This document shows positions 8,189 to 16,715 of a DNA stretch of 32,000 bases, piece by piece. The notes under the pieces were generated by a model. It saw nothing but the letters and a program-made list of their open reading frames with translations. It had not been told where the DNA came from and made no database searches. Position 1 is the first letter of the stretch; each line of letters begins with the position of its first letter. This DNA comes from Demequinaceae bacterium (GTDB lineage Bacteria; Actinomycetota; Actinomycetes; Actinomycetales; Demequinaceae), in the NCBI GenBank assembly GCA_965250005.1, contig OZ252279.1, forward strand, positions 630,001-662,000. Direction: 5' to 3'. A program made the translations under genes and the position numbers.

Positions 8189-9985
8189 ATGAACGCGAGC
8201 AACGACGCCGCACTCCCCCAGAACATCACCGCGCTCATCGAGGACTCGTGGTCGAAGTTTTCGGATCGCGTCATCATCTCCCACACAAAGGACTCAGAGC
8301 CAGACGTGTGGATCGACCTCACCGCAGCTCAAGTCCATGACCAGGTCAACGCCGTCGCACGGGGCCTGATCGCTCACGGCGTCAAGCCCGGTGACCGGAT
8401 CGGCCTCATGTCGCGCACGCGCTTCGAGTGGACGATCCTCGACTTCGCATGCTGGGCAGCCGGCGCCATCCCCGTCCCGATCTACGACACTTCGTCTCCT
8501 GAGCAAGTCGACTGGATCACGTCGGACGCCGGAATCAAGCTCGTCGTGGTCGAATCGAACGAACTTCGCAAGATCGCGCTTGACGTCGCCAAGGGCCAGT
8601 CACCGCTCAAGGAAGTCATGGTAATCAACGAAGGTGCGCTCGACAAGCTCGCCGAGGACGGCGCGAAGGCGTCCGAGGACGACCTAGCGAAGCGGAAGAA
8701 GCACTGGAAGTCAGGCGACCTCGCCACGATCATCTACACGTCTGGAACCACCGGCCGCCCCAAGGGCGTCGAAATCACGCACCACAACCTCATGTGGCAT
8801 GCGGTCCACGTCCCGACCGCCATTCCAGAGGTGCTCCTGGCGCCAGGCGCTTCCACTGTCATGTTCCTCACGCTCGCGCACTCGCTCGCGCGCGTGATCG
8901 AACTCGTGTGCCTCAACGCGGGCGTGCGATTGGGCTACACGCCAGACATCACCAAGCTCGTGGCAAATATGAAAACGTTCCAGCCGTCGTTCGTCCTCGG
9001 CGCCCCGCGCGTGTTCGAGAAGATTTACAACTCTGCCGAGACCAAGGCCGCAGCCGGCGGTAAGGGCAAGATCTTCGCGTGGGCCGCTCACCAGGCCATC
9101 GCGTACTCCGAGGCACTCGACACGGCATCTGGCCCGTCCGGTGGCCTCAAGATCAAGCACGGCATCGCCGACGCGCTCGTCCTCAAGAAGGTCCGAGCGG
9201 TACTCGGAGGTAACACCGAATTCGCCATTTCCGGCTCCGCTCCGCTCGGAGAGAGGCTCGGTCACTTCTACCGCGGCCTCGGCCTCGTTGTGCTTGAGGG
9301 CTACGGCCTCACCGAGACCACGGCCGCTTCGCACGTCAACCGCCCGGGAAATTCGAGGATCGGGACCGTGGGCGTTCCTCTGCACGGAATCGAATGCAAG
9401 ATCGCACCTGATGGCGAGGTACTCATGCGTGGCGAACCGATCTTCAGCGGCTATCACCACAACCCTGAGGTTACGAAGGAAGCACTCAAGAAGGGTTGGC
9501 TGCACACGGGCGACCTGGGCTCAATCGACGGCGACGGCTTCCTGAGCATTACCGGCAGGAAGAAGGAGATCATTGTCACCGCCGGCGGCAAGAATGTTGC
9601 GCCAGCAGTACTCGAGGACCGCCTGCGGGCTCACCCGCTGGTGAGCCAATGCATCGCAGTCGGCGACTCGAAGCCCTTTATTGGGGCACTCATCACGCTC
9701 GACAAGGAAGCACTGCCCGCATGGCTGTCTGCCAACGGTGCTGAAGGCATGACTCCTGAAGAAGCGATGGAATCACCTATCGTGCGCGACGCGCTAGACC
9801 AGGCTGTCGAGACGGCAAATCAGGCCGTATCGAGGGCCGAGAGCATTCGCAAGTACGGGGTACTCGCCGAGGACTGGACTGTCATGAGCGGGCACATCAC
9901 CCCGACCATGAAGCTCAAGCGCTCACAGGCGCTCAAGGATTTTGCTACCGAGATCGAGGCGCTCTACGCGACCGCCAAGAAGTAG
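8189..9985 (+). CDS. AMP-dependent long-chain fatty-acid--CoA ligase
   Basis: AMP-binding motif TIIYTSGTTGRPKGVEITHHNL, GYGLTETTAASHVN, LHTGDLGSIDGDGFLSITGRKKEIIVTAGGKNVAP. RBS-like ggag upstream. Confidence 0.95.
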   Translation: MNASNDAALPQNITALIEDSWSKFSDRVIISHTKDSEPDVWIDLTAAQVHDQVNAVARGLIAHGVKPGDRIGLMSRTRFEWTILDFACWAAGAIPVPIYDTSSPEQVDWITSDAGIKLVVVESNELRKIALDVAKGQSPLKEVMVINEGALDKLAEDGAKASEDDLAKRKKHWKSGDLATIIYTSGTTGRPKGVEITHHNLMWHAVHVPTAIPEVLLAPGASTVMFLTLAHSLARVIELVCLNAGVRLGYTPDITKLVANMKTFQPSFVLGAPRVFEKIYNSAETKAAAGGKGKIFAWAAHQAIAYSEALDTASGPSGGLKIKHGIADALVLKKVRAVLGGNTEFAISGSAPLGERLGHFYRGLGLVVLEGYGLTETTAASHVNRPGNSRIGTVGVPLHGIECKIAPDGEVLMRGEPIFSGYHHNPEVTKEALKKGWLHTGDLGSIDGDGFLSITGRKKEIIVTAGGKNVAPAVLEDRLRAHPLVSQCIAVGDSKPFIGALITLDKEALPAWLSANGAEGMTPEEAMESPIVRDALDQAVETANQAVSRAESIRKYGVLAEDWTVMSGHITPTMKLKRSQALKDFATEIEALYATAKK

Positions 9986-10026
9986 TCCAGCGACGCGGTA
10001 GCCCAGCAACGCCGCAGCAGACTGGT

Positions 10027-10293
10027 TTAGGACGCGCTCGCATGCCTTAGGGGTGACACTAGCCCTGAGGCCGCGAGCGCGCTGACGGCCCGCGCTTGGT
10101 CGTCGTCGATCGCTAGCACCGCCGCTGCGCTGGGGAAGGCGATGTTGCCGTCTTCGCGCTCGCTCTCCCTCTCAGTGTTGGCGAGGGCCGTGTTTGCATG
10201 AGCGCTGTCTCGCACCGAAATGGTGAGAAATGAGACGACGCAGTCCCCGCAGGCGTCGCCGCGGGCCGTGCATGTATCGCAGTCGATAATCAT
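10027..10293 (-). CDS. small Cys-rich conserved hypothetical protein (CDTC...CGDC)
   Basis: 88-aa ORF MIIDCDTCTARGDACGDCVVSFLTI... with a paired CxxC arrangement. ATG start, not overlapped by a stronger candidate CDS. Confidence 0.7.
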   Translation of the reverse strand: MIIDCDTCTARGDACGDCVVSFLTISVRDSAHANTALANTERESEREDGNIAFPSAAAVLAIDDDQARAVSALAASGLVSPLRHASAS

Positions 10294-10369
10294 GATTCAA
10301 CGCTAGATCCTGGGTCTGACACGGAACGCCCGTAAGAGACCTGTCGGAGCCTGCGCGTACGGTCGTGGC

Positions 10370-12151
10370 ATGAGCGCAGACGTGTCAACGCGTGCCGGCA
10401 GCGAGCGAACGTCGGCCGCGCGAATCGCGCCCGGGACGATCCAGCCCAGCTTCGAAGATGTCGGTGAGCCACTTTCCACGGTCACCTTCGTGGTGGTTGA
10501 CCTCGAAACCACGGGCGGCTCTCCGCGCGCTAGTGAAATCACCGAAATTGGGGCGGTCAAGACGCGCGGCGGCGAGGTCATCGGCGAGTACCAAACACTC
10601 GTCGATCCGGGGATGTCGATCCCGCCCATTATCGTCTCGCTTACCGGCATTACGGACGTGATGGTCCATGCCGCTCCCAAGATTGAGGCGTTGCTGCCGT
10701 CGTTCCTGGAGTTCCTAGGCGACGGTGTGCTGGTCGCGCACAACGCCCCATTTGATGTGGGCTTCCTGAAGGCCGCATGCCGCAAGCACGGCTACGACTG
10801 GCCGGGCAATGAAATCATCGACACCGTCATTCTCGCGCGACGCGCCACCACCAAGGAGGAGGCTCCCAGCAAGAAACTCAGCACACTCGCGCGCGTGTTT
10901 GGCACTGTTGTGACACCCAATCACCGCGCGCTTGAAGACGCGCGAGCCACGTCTGAGGTCTTGCACGGGATGCTCGAACGCATGGCCGCGTGGGGGATTA
11001 CTCACCGCGAGGATCTCGACTCGCTCCGTCATCCCATGCCCGAGCGCCTCCGCCGCAAGGCGACCATGGCAGACAAGATGCCCACCAAGCCGGGCGCCTA
11101 CGTTTTCCGCGACATCCAGGGCGCCCCCCTGTATGTCGGGACATCAAAAAATCTGCGGGCGCGAGTCAAGTCATATTTCACGCGCGGCGAGCATCGACGG
11201 TCCATCCGGGACATGCTCGAAATCGCCGTCGCCGTTGACGCCCACCCCACGGCAACCAAACTCGAGGCCAACGTGCTCGAGATTCGGCTGCTCGAGCAAT
11301 TCCGTCCGCGCTACAACCGTCGATCCACGCGACCCGAACGCACGCCCTGGGTGCGAATGACGCAAGAGCGGTATCCGCGCCTGAGCGTGGTGCGCTCCAT
11401 TTCTGCAGACGCGACGCACATCGGCCCCATGCGGTCCGCAGCAGACGCTCAACTAGCCGTCGACGCGCTCCAACACGCGGGGGGCGGCGTGCGGACCTGC
11501 ACACCGCGCCTGCCCATCGTCCCCAAGCAGGACGCGCGCGCATGCTTGCTCAAGGACATGGGCGAGTGCTGCGCGCCATGCGTCGCGGGAGAGGCCAGCG
11601 GCTACGCAGACGTAGCCGACGCCCTGCGCAGCGCACTCTCTGACGACGTCTCTCCGGTGGTGGATGCGCTGAGTGTCAAGATCGCGGAACTCTCTGCGGA
11701 CCTCAACTACGAGCGCGCTGCCGCACTGCGTGACGGCGTGAGCTCCCTGGTGGAGGGTGCGACCCGCGCGCAGCGCCTCGCGAGTCTGCGCAGGTGCACC
11801 ATCGTGGCCGCGCGCCCACTCGACGGCGGCTGGGACCTTGTCGCCGCGTCCAGCGGCCGCCTCTCGGGTACGGCCCACGCCAACGAGGGCATCTGGAAGG
11901 CAGCCGACGCGCTGCTTGCGGGCGCGCGGGCAGCCACGACGTCCTCGGTTGATGACTCGGCCGTCAGTCCACCACCACCGCTGGTGGAGGAACAGACTCT
12001 CGTCGCGAACTGGCTCGACTCCCCCGGCGTGCGCCTCCTGCACGTGGACGGCGAATGGTCTCAACCCGTGACGAGCGCAGGTAGGCACCGTGCATGGGTA
12101 GACGCTCGCCGCTCAGACCACGACACCATGAGCGACATCACCCGCAGGTGA
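10370..12151 (+). CDS. DEDD exonuclease domain protein fused to a UvrC-like GIY-YIG nuclease
   Basis: N-terminal DnaQ-like VVDLETTGGSPRASEITEIGAV ... HNAPFDVGFL ... HRALEDARAT; then GIY-YIG segment KPGAYVFRDIQGAPLYVGTSKNLRARVKSYFT and a C-terminal UvrC/Cho-like CAPC and UVR-like region. Confidence 0.92.
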   Translation: MSADVSTRAGSERTSAARIAPGTIQPSFEDVGEPLSTVTFVVVDLETTGGSPRASEITEIGAVKTRGGEVIGEYQTLVDPGMSIPPIIVSLTGITDVMVHAAPKIEALLPSFLEFLGDGVLVAHNAPFDVGFLKAACRKHGYDWPGNEIIDTVILARRATTKEEAPSKKLSTLARVFGTVVTPNHRALEDARATSEVLHGMLERMAAWGITHREDLDSLRHPMPERLRRKATMADKMPTKPGAYVFRDIQGAPLYVGTSKNLRARVKSYFTRGEHRRSIRDMLEIAVAVDAHPTATKLEANVLEIRLLEQFRPRYNRRSTRPERTPWVRMTQERYPRLSVVRSISADATHIGPMRSAADAQLAVDALQHAGGGVRTCTPRLPIVPKQDARACLLKDMGECCAPCVAGEASGYADVADALRSALSDDVSPVVDALSVKIAELSADLNYERAAALRDGVSSLVEGATRAQRLASLRRCTIVAARPLDGGWDLVAASSGRLSGTAHANEGIWKAADALLAGARAATTSSVDDSAVSPPPPLVEEQTLVANWLDSPGVRLLHVDGEWSQPVTSAGRHRAWVDARRSDHDTMSDITRR

Positions 12152-12179
12152 GAGCACGGCTGTTCCTTCCGTGCACCGG

Positions 12180-12686
12180 CTACCAATTCTTCTTAGACCC
12201 TCGGCCGCGCCGCGACCGCTTCTTCGCCGTCGTTTTTGGCTCGGCAGGCGCAGGCGGGAGCGCGGGCTCGACCGAGGTGTTTGGAAGTGTGCGAATGTCG
12301 CCGAAGAATCGAGCCACGTCGTACTCAGTAATCTCGCGGGCGCGCTTGACGGGCGTCTGGCCCGCCCACGCGACGTGATGCGGATTTGCGCCTCTGAATC
12401 TCAACAGTTCGATTACGGCTCCGTCCCCTGTCGAGTTCTCGACCGCGAGGAACAGCGGCGTCACGCCCAGCGCGTCCTCCGCATCCACAGTTGCGCCGCG
12501 GTCCGTCAATGCGCGTATCGCCTCGAACCCGCCACTTTGCGCCGCCAAATGCAGCGGGGTGCGCCTATGATCGTCGCGTGCGTTTGGATTGGCACCGGCG
12601 TTGAGCAACTCGACGGTTCTGGTGATGTCATTCGCAAGCGCCGCGTCGTGCAGCGGACTCCGACCACCGTTCTCTTCAATCTTCAT
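12180..12686 (-). CDS. ankyrin repeat domain-containing protein
   Basis: Repeats GRSPLHDAALANDITRTVELLNAGANPNARDD / HRRTPLHLAAQSGGFEAIRALTDRGATVDAED / GVTPLFLAVENSTGDGAVIELLRFRGANPH. Start placed at MKIEENG (12686), inside the listed ORF. Confidence 0.88.
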   Translation of the reverse strand: MKIEENGGRSPLHDAALANDITRTVELLNAGANPNARDDHRRTPLHLAAQSGGFEAIRALTDRGATVDAEDALGVTPLFLAVENSTGDGAVIELLRFRGANPHHVAWAGQTPVKRAREITEYDVARFFGDIRTLPNTSVEPALPPAPAEPKTTAKKRSRRGRGSKKNW

Positions 12687-12699
12687 GTGGCGCAGCGCC

Positions 12700-13749
12700 C
12701 TACTTGCTCGTCGCCTCGACCCAACGGGCCAGGACCCGCTCGGCCTCGCCAGCCTCGATCGCCCCACGTGCGTGAACCAGCCCAGACTTCATCCGGTCGA
12801 TCAGACTTCCCTCGTTCGTGCCAGGCAGGCGTCCGTCGGCTACCAGGCCCGCGGCAGCGTTCAGTGCGACCGTGTCGAGCGCAGCGCCAGCTTCCCCGCC
12901 GAACACGCGACGCGCGACGACGGCGTTCTCGCTCGCCTCACCGCCCCGCAAGTCTTCAAGAGTGATCGGCGTCATGTTGAGGTCTGCAACGGGGTCAATC
13001 GTGGAGTGCTCGACCGAGCCTGCCCGCACCTCCCAAACGTCAGTGCGCGCGGTTGCAGCGAGCTCATCGAGCCCGTCCGTGTTCCGGAATACGATGGCAT
13101 CGCGCTTCTGCAGCGCCATCACGCCAGCGATAACCGGTGCAAGCGACTCGCTAGCTACCCCGATAGCCGATGCTTGGGGCTGCGCAGGGTTGGTGAGCGG
13201 TCCGAGGATGTTGAACGTGGTCGGCACTCCCATTTCTTTGCGGATGGGTCCGGCGAAGCGCATCGCCGGGTGAAATACCATCGCAAAGCAAAACGTGATG
13301 CCTGCCTCTTGCGCCACCTGCGCGACGCGCTCGGGCGGGATTTCGAGATTGACGCCTAGTTCTGCCAGCACATCGGCGCTACCGGACTTCGACGTGGCAG
13401 CCCTATTTCCGTGCTTGACCACGGTGGTCCCGGTGGCCGCAACCACGATCGACGCCATGGTCGAGATGTTGACGGTGTGGAGGCCGTCGCCACCTGTGCC
13501 GACCACGTCGACGGTGCGGCCAGGAACGTTGATGCTGGTCGCGTGGCTGATCATCGCGGCCGCGAAGCCTGCGACTTCCTCAACGGTCTCGCCCTTGGTG
13601 CGCAGCGCCGCCAGCAGCGCCGCCACGCCTACAGGGGATGCCTGATCGGTGAGCACCTGATCCATGACCCAAGTAGTGTCCGCGGTTGTGAGGTCGCCGC
13701 GCTGCATCACGCGTTCCAGGAGCTCCGGCCACGTCGCCATACTTGCCAC
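12700..13749 (-). CDS. trpD: anthranilate phosphoribosyltransferase
   Basis: VDVVGTGGDGLHTVNISTMASIVVAA, KHGNRAATSKSGSADVLAELG, MRFAGPIRKEMGVPTTFNILGPLTNPA. GTG at 13749 or ATG at 13740 are both possible starts. Confidence 0.96.
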   Translation of the reverse strand: MASMATWPELLERVMQRGDLTTADTTWVMDQVLTDQASPVGVAALLAALRTKGETVEEVAGFAAAMISHATSINVPGRTVDVVGTGGDGLHTVNISTMASIVVAATGTTVVKHGNRAATSKSGSADVLAELGVNLEIPPERVAQVAQEAGITFCFAMVFHPAMRFAGPIRKEMGVPTTFNILGPLTNPAQPQASAIGVASESLAPVIAGVMALQKRDAIVFRNTDGLDELAATARTDVWEVRAGSVEHSTIDPVADLNMTPITLEDLRGGEASENAVVARRVFGGEAGAALDTVALNAAAGLVADGRLPGTNEGSLIDRMKSGLVHARGAIEAGEAERVLARWVEATSK

Positions 13750-13790
13750 TTTCTGGTCGAGAGTTGAGCGGGATAGATACTGCGATCTAG

Positions 13791-14228
13791 TTAGGAGTTG
13801 CCCGCCGCCGGGTCGAAGAATGCGTCGACAGCGGCCTTGACCTCGAAAGGATCAAGTGGGTGAGCGACAGCGCCGTCCGCTTCAGACCACGTGGCCAGCC
13901 ACGCGTCGTCGGCGCGGCCCACGAGCAGCAGCACGGGCGGGCAAGCGTATATCTCGTGCTTCATCTGCCTGCAGATGCCCATTCCGCCAGACTTAGCGGC
14001 CTCACCATCAAGCACCACCAGGTCAAAATCGTGATTGTCGAGCTCAGTGATGGTGCCAGCGTGCGTGGCGGTCTCGGTCCACCGAACGCTGCGCCCATGG
14101 GTGTTGGGCCCAACGGCAAACCGAACTTTTTCGCGCGTGCTCGCGTCGTCGCTGTAGAGCAGGACTCGGGCGCGGGTCGAGGTCGCGACGCCGCTTTCGG
14201 TGGTGGCAAGTTCACTCATGTTGTTCAT
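13791..14228 (-). CDS. stand-alone receiver-like (response-regulator) protein with atypical active site
   Basis: Fold-like pattern [20 protein letters not shown] ... [25 protein letters not shown] ... CPPVLLLVG ... [16 protein letters not shown]. Start estimated at MNNMSEL. Confidence 0.75.
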   Translation of the reverse strand: MNNMSELATTESGVATSTRARVLLYSDDASTREKVRFAVGPNTHGRSVRWTETATHAGTITELDNHDFDLVVLDGEAAKSGGMGICRQMKHEIYACPPVLLLVGRADDAWLATWSEADGAVAHPLDPFEVKAAVDAFFDPAAGNS

Positions 14229-14309
14229 TTTGGCATGACCCAGCGGGTGCGACGCGACGGTCTTACGAAAAAAGCGCACATTGGGCCTTCTCTAGGTCAT
14301 AATGGGCGC

Positions 14310-14939
14310 ATGTCATCTGCGTCAACCATGACCAATCCCATCCACGCGACCCGACCCAATCCGGTTGCGGTCGGGACCATCGTCTGGCTTTCTAGCGAAC
14401 TCATGTTTTTCGCTGGGCTCTTCGCGATGTACTTTACTCACCGAGCCCAGTCACCCGAGATATGGGCAGACACCACTCCGTTCTTGAACGTGCCGTTCGC
14501 GCTAACCAACACGATCATCCTGGTGGCCTCGTCCTTCACGTGCCAGGCGGCCGTATTCGCGGCTGAGCGCTTCCAGCGCCGCCGCACCGGCTCGCTCTTC
14601 AATGTGCGCGCGTGGGGCATGCACGAGTGGATGGTGCTCACCTACCTGATGGGCGCCACGTTCGTCGCGGGCCAGGTTCTGGAGTACGCGAAGCTCGTTG
14701 AAGAGGGCATCAGCATCTCTGCAAGCCCGTACGGCTCAGTCTTCTACATCACCACTGGCTTCCACGGCCTCCACGTGCTCGGTGGACTCGTCGCCATGAC
14801 ATTCGTCCTCGGGCGCTCGTTCGTCGCCAAGAAGTTCGGCACGCACGAGGCCATCACCACCATCGTCGTCTCGTATTACTGGCACTTTGTCGACGTAGTG
14901 TGGATCGCCTTGTTCCTCGTGATTTACGTACTCAAGTAG
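14310..14939 (+). CDS. ctaE: cytochrome c oxidase subunit III
   Basis: Subunit III sequence [17 protein letters not shown] ... [23 protein letters not shown] ... [19 protein letters not shown] ... [21 protein letters not shown]. Start at [10 protein letters not shown], internal to the listed ORF. Confidence 0.95.
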   Translation: MSSASTMTNPIHATRPNPVAVGTIVWLSSELMFFAGLFAMYFTHRAQSPEIWADTTPFLNVPFALTNTIILVASSFTCQAAVFAAERFQRRRTGSLFNVRAWGMHEWMVLTYLMGATFVAGQVLEYAKLVEEGISISASPYGSVFYITTGFHGLHVLGGLVAMTFVLGRSFVAKKFGTHEAITTIVVSYYWHFVDVVWIALFLVIYVLK

Positions 14940-14943
14940 GGAA

Positions 14944-15726
14944 TTGATGCACTCTCTCGCAGCCCGGCGCTACCACCGTTCAGCGCCGATGATCCTGGTA
15001 TTGGCACTTGTCGCGATCATCGCCACGGCCTACGCGGTCGCGTCGCCGTCCCCGGCTCAGGCCGCAACATACACGGCTGACGACGTCGCCGAGGGGCGCA
15101 AGCTCTTCGAAGCCAACTGTGCCTCGTGCCACGGCCTCGACGCCGACGGCAGCGAAGTCGCCCCCTCGCTCCACGGCGTCGGCGCAGCCGCTGTCGACTT
15201 CCAGGTGTCTACGGGCCGCATGCCCATGGTCGCCACCGGGCCGCAAGCAATCGCCAAGGCGCGCCAGTTCAACGAAACTGAGACCCATCTACTGGCGTCA
15301 TTCGTCGCCTCACTGTCTGAGGGCCCCTCGATTCCGACCGCAGGCCAGGTGGACGGCTCGCTGGGAGACCCCGCTTACGGGATGCAGCTCTTCCGCACTA
15401 ACTGCGCGATGTGCCACGGATCCGTTGGCGGCGGCGGGGTGCTCACGCAGGGCAAATTCGCGCCAGCACTGTGGGGCACCGAGCCGATCAACATCTACGA
15501 GGCCATGGTCTCGGGGCCGTCGAACATGCCGGTCTTCAACGACGCAAACATCACCCCCGAGGGCAAACGAGACATCATCGCGTTCCTCGAAGTGCAACGT
15601 GAAGGCTCCCCCGGCGGGCTCGGCCTTGGCGCCGTGGGCCCCGTAAGCGAAGCGCTCTGGCTTTGGATCATTGGTATTGGCCTCATCATCGGCATCACCG
15701 TCTGGGTAGGAGCACGTTCTTCATGA
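14944..15726 (+). CDS. qcrC: ubiquinol/menaquinol-cytochrome c reductase diheme cytochrome c subunit
   Basis: Two CxxCH motifs (CASCHG, CAMCHG) and a C-terminal TM helix LWLWIIGIGLIIGITVWVGA. TTG start at 14944 or ATG at 14947. Confidence 0.94.
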   Translation: MMHSLAARRYHRSAPMILVLALVAIIATAYAVASPSPAQAATYTADDVAEGRKLFEANCASCHGLDADGSEVAPSLHGVGAAAVDFQVSTGRMPMVATGPQAIAKARQFNETETHLLASFVASLSEGPSIPTAGQVDGSLGDPAYGMQLFRTNCAMCHGSVGGGGVLTQGKFAPALWGTEPINIYEAMVSGPSNMPVFNDANITPEGKRDIIAFLEVQREGSPGGLGLGAVGPVSEALWLWIIGIGLIIGITVWVGARSS

Positions 15727-16715
15727 GCGAGTCGAAGGAAACCACGTTCAAGGACCCCGGGCTCCCCGAGCACCGGCCACGTCGCGCGGACAAAGAACCG
15801 AAGGCCGCCAAGCGCGCCGAGTACCAGTCCGTAGCGCTACTGCTGTTCTCGATCGCGGGCACGGCACTCGCGTTGTGGGCCTACTTCGCCGTTCCGCTCG
15901 GCGACGAGCCTGGCCAGATTCAGCGCATGAACATGCTGTTCGGCCTCGGTATCTTCGCCGGAATGTTCGGCATCGGCGCAAGCGCTGTTCACTGGGCCAA
16001 GACCCTCATGAATGACCGCGAGCAGGTCGAAGACCGCCACGCGATGCGTTCGAGCGACGACACGCGCGAGGTCGCGGTTCAGATGCTCAAGGACGGCGTG
16101 GAGGACTCGGGCTCTGGCGTGGGACGCCGCAGCCTCCTCAAAGGCACCATGCTCACCGCCCTCGCGATCGCGCCACTATCCGTGCTGGTGCCCATGATCG
16201 GCGGACTCGGCGGCGACTACGACGTCAACAAGTTCCGCGAAACACTGTGGCGCAAGGGCACGCGCTTGACGCGCGACCCCGACGGCACGCCCATCAAGGC
16301 GTCTGACGTCACGGTCGGGTCGGTGTTCCACATCATCCCCGAGGGCCTCGAACACACCGAGCACCCGCTGGAAGAGAAGGCGAAGGCAGTTGTCTTGCTC
16401 ATCAAGCTCCCGCCGAACGTGCTCAAAGTGCGTCCCGGTCGCGAGAGCTGGGGCTTTGACGACATCGTCGCGTACTCCAAGATTTGCACCCACGTCGGTT
16501 GCCCCGTCGCGTTGTACGAGCAGAACACGCACCACCTGCTTTGCCCGTGCCACCAGTCAACATTCGACGTCGCCGACGGCGCCAAGGTGATCTTCGGACC
16601 CGCGAAGCGTCCGCTGCCGCAGCTGCCTATCGCGGTTGACTCCGAGGGCTACATCGTCGCCCAGGATGACTTCAACGAACCCATCGGCCCGAGCTACTGG
16701 GAGCGCCTCAAGTGA
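15723..16715 (+). CDS. qcrA: ubiquinol/menaquinol-cytochrome c reductase Rieske iron-sulfur subunit
   Basis: Rieske ligand motifs CTHVGCP and CPCHQS. ATG at 15723 overlaps the qcrC stop (ATGA). Confidence 0.95.
   Translation: MSESKETTFKDPGLPEHRPRRADKEPKAAKRAEYQSVALLLFSIAGTALALWAYFAVPLGDEPGQIQRMNMLFGLGIFAGMFGIGASAVHWAKTLMNDREQVEDRHAMRSSDDTREVAVQMLKDGVEDSGSGVGRRSLLKGTMLTALAIAPLSVLVPMIGGLGGDYDVNKFRETLWRKGTRLTRDPDGTPIKASDVTVGSVFHIIPEGLEHTEHPLEEKAKAVVLLIKLPPNVLKVRPGRESWGFDDIVAYSKICTHVGCPVALYEQNTHHLLCPCHQSTFDVADGAKVIFGPAKRPLPQLPIAVDSEGYIVAQDDFNEPIGPSYWERLK

Noticed and set aside
6990-8192. 400-aa plus-strand ORF opposite glucokinase
   Set aside because: Longest non-genic ORF here, but fully explained as the shadow of the ROK gene; no recognisable motifs.
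8711-9505. 264-aa minus-strand ORF inside the acyl-CoA ligase gene
   Set aside because: Antisense to a strong AMP-binding enzyme; no independent support.
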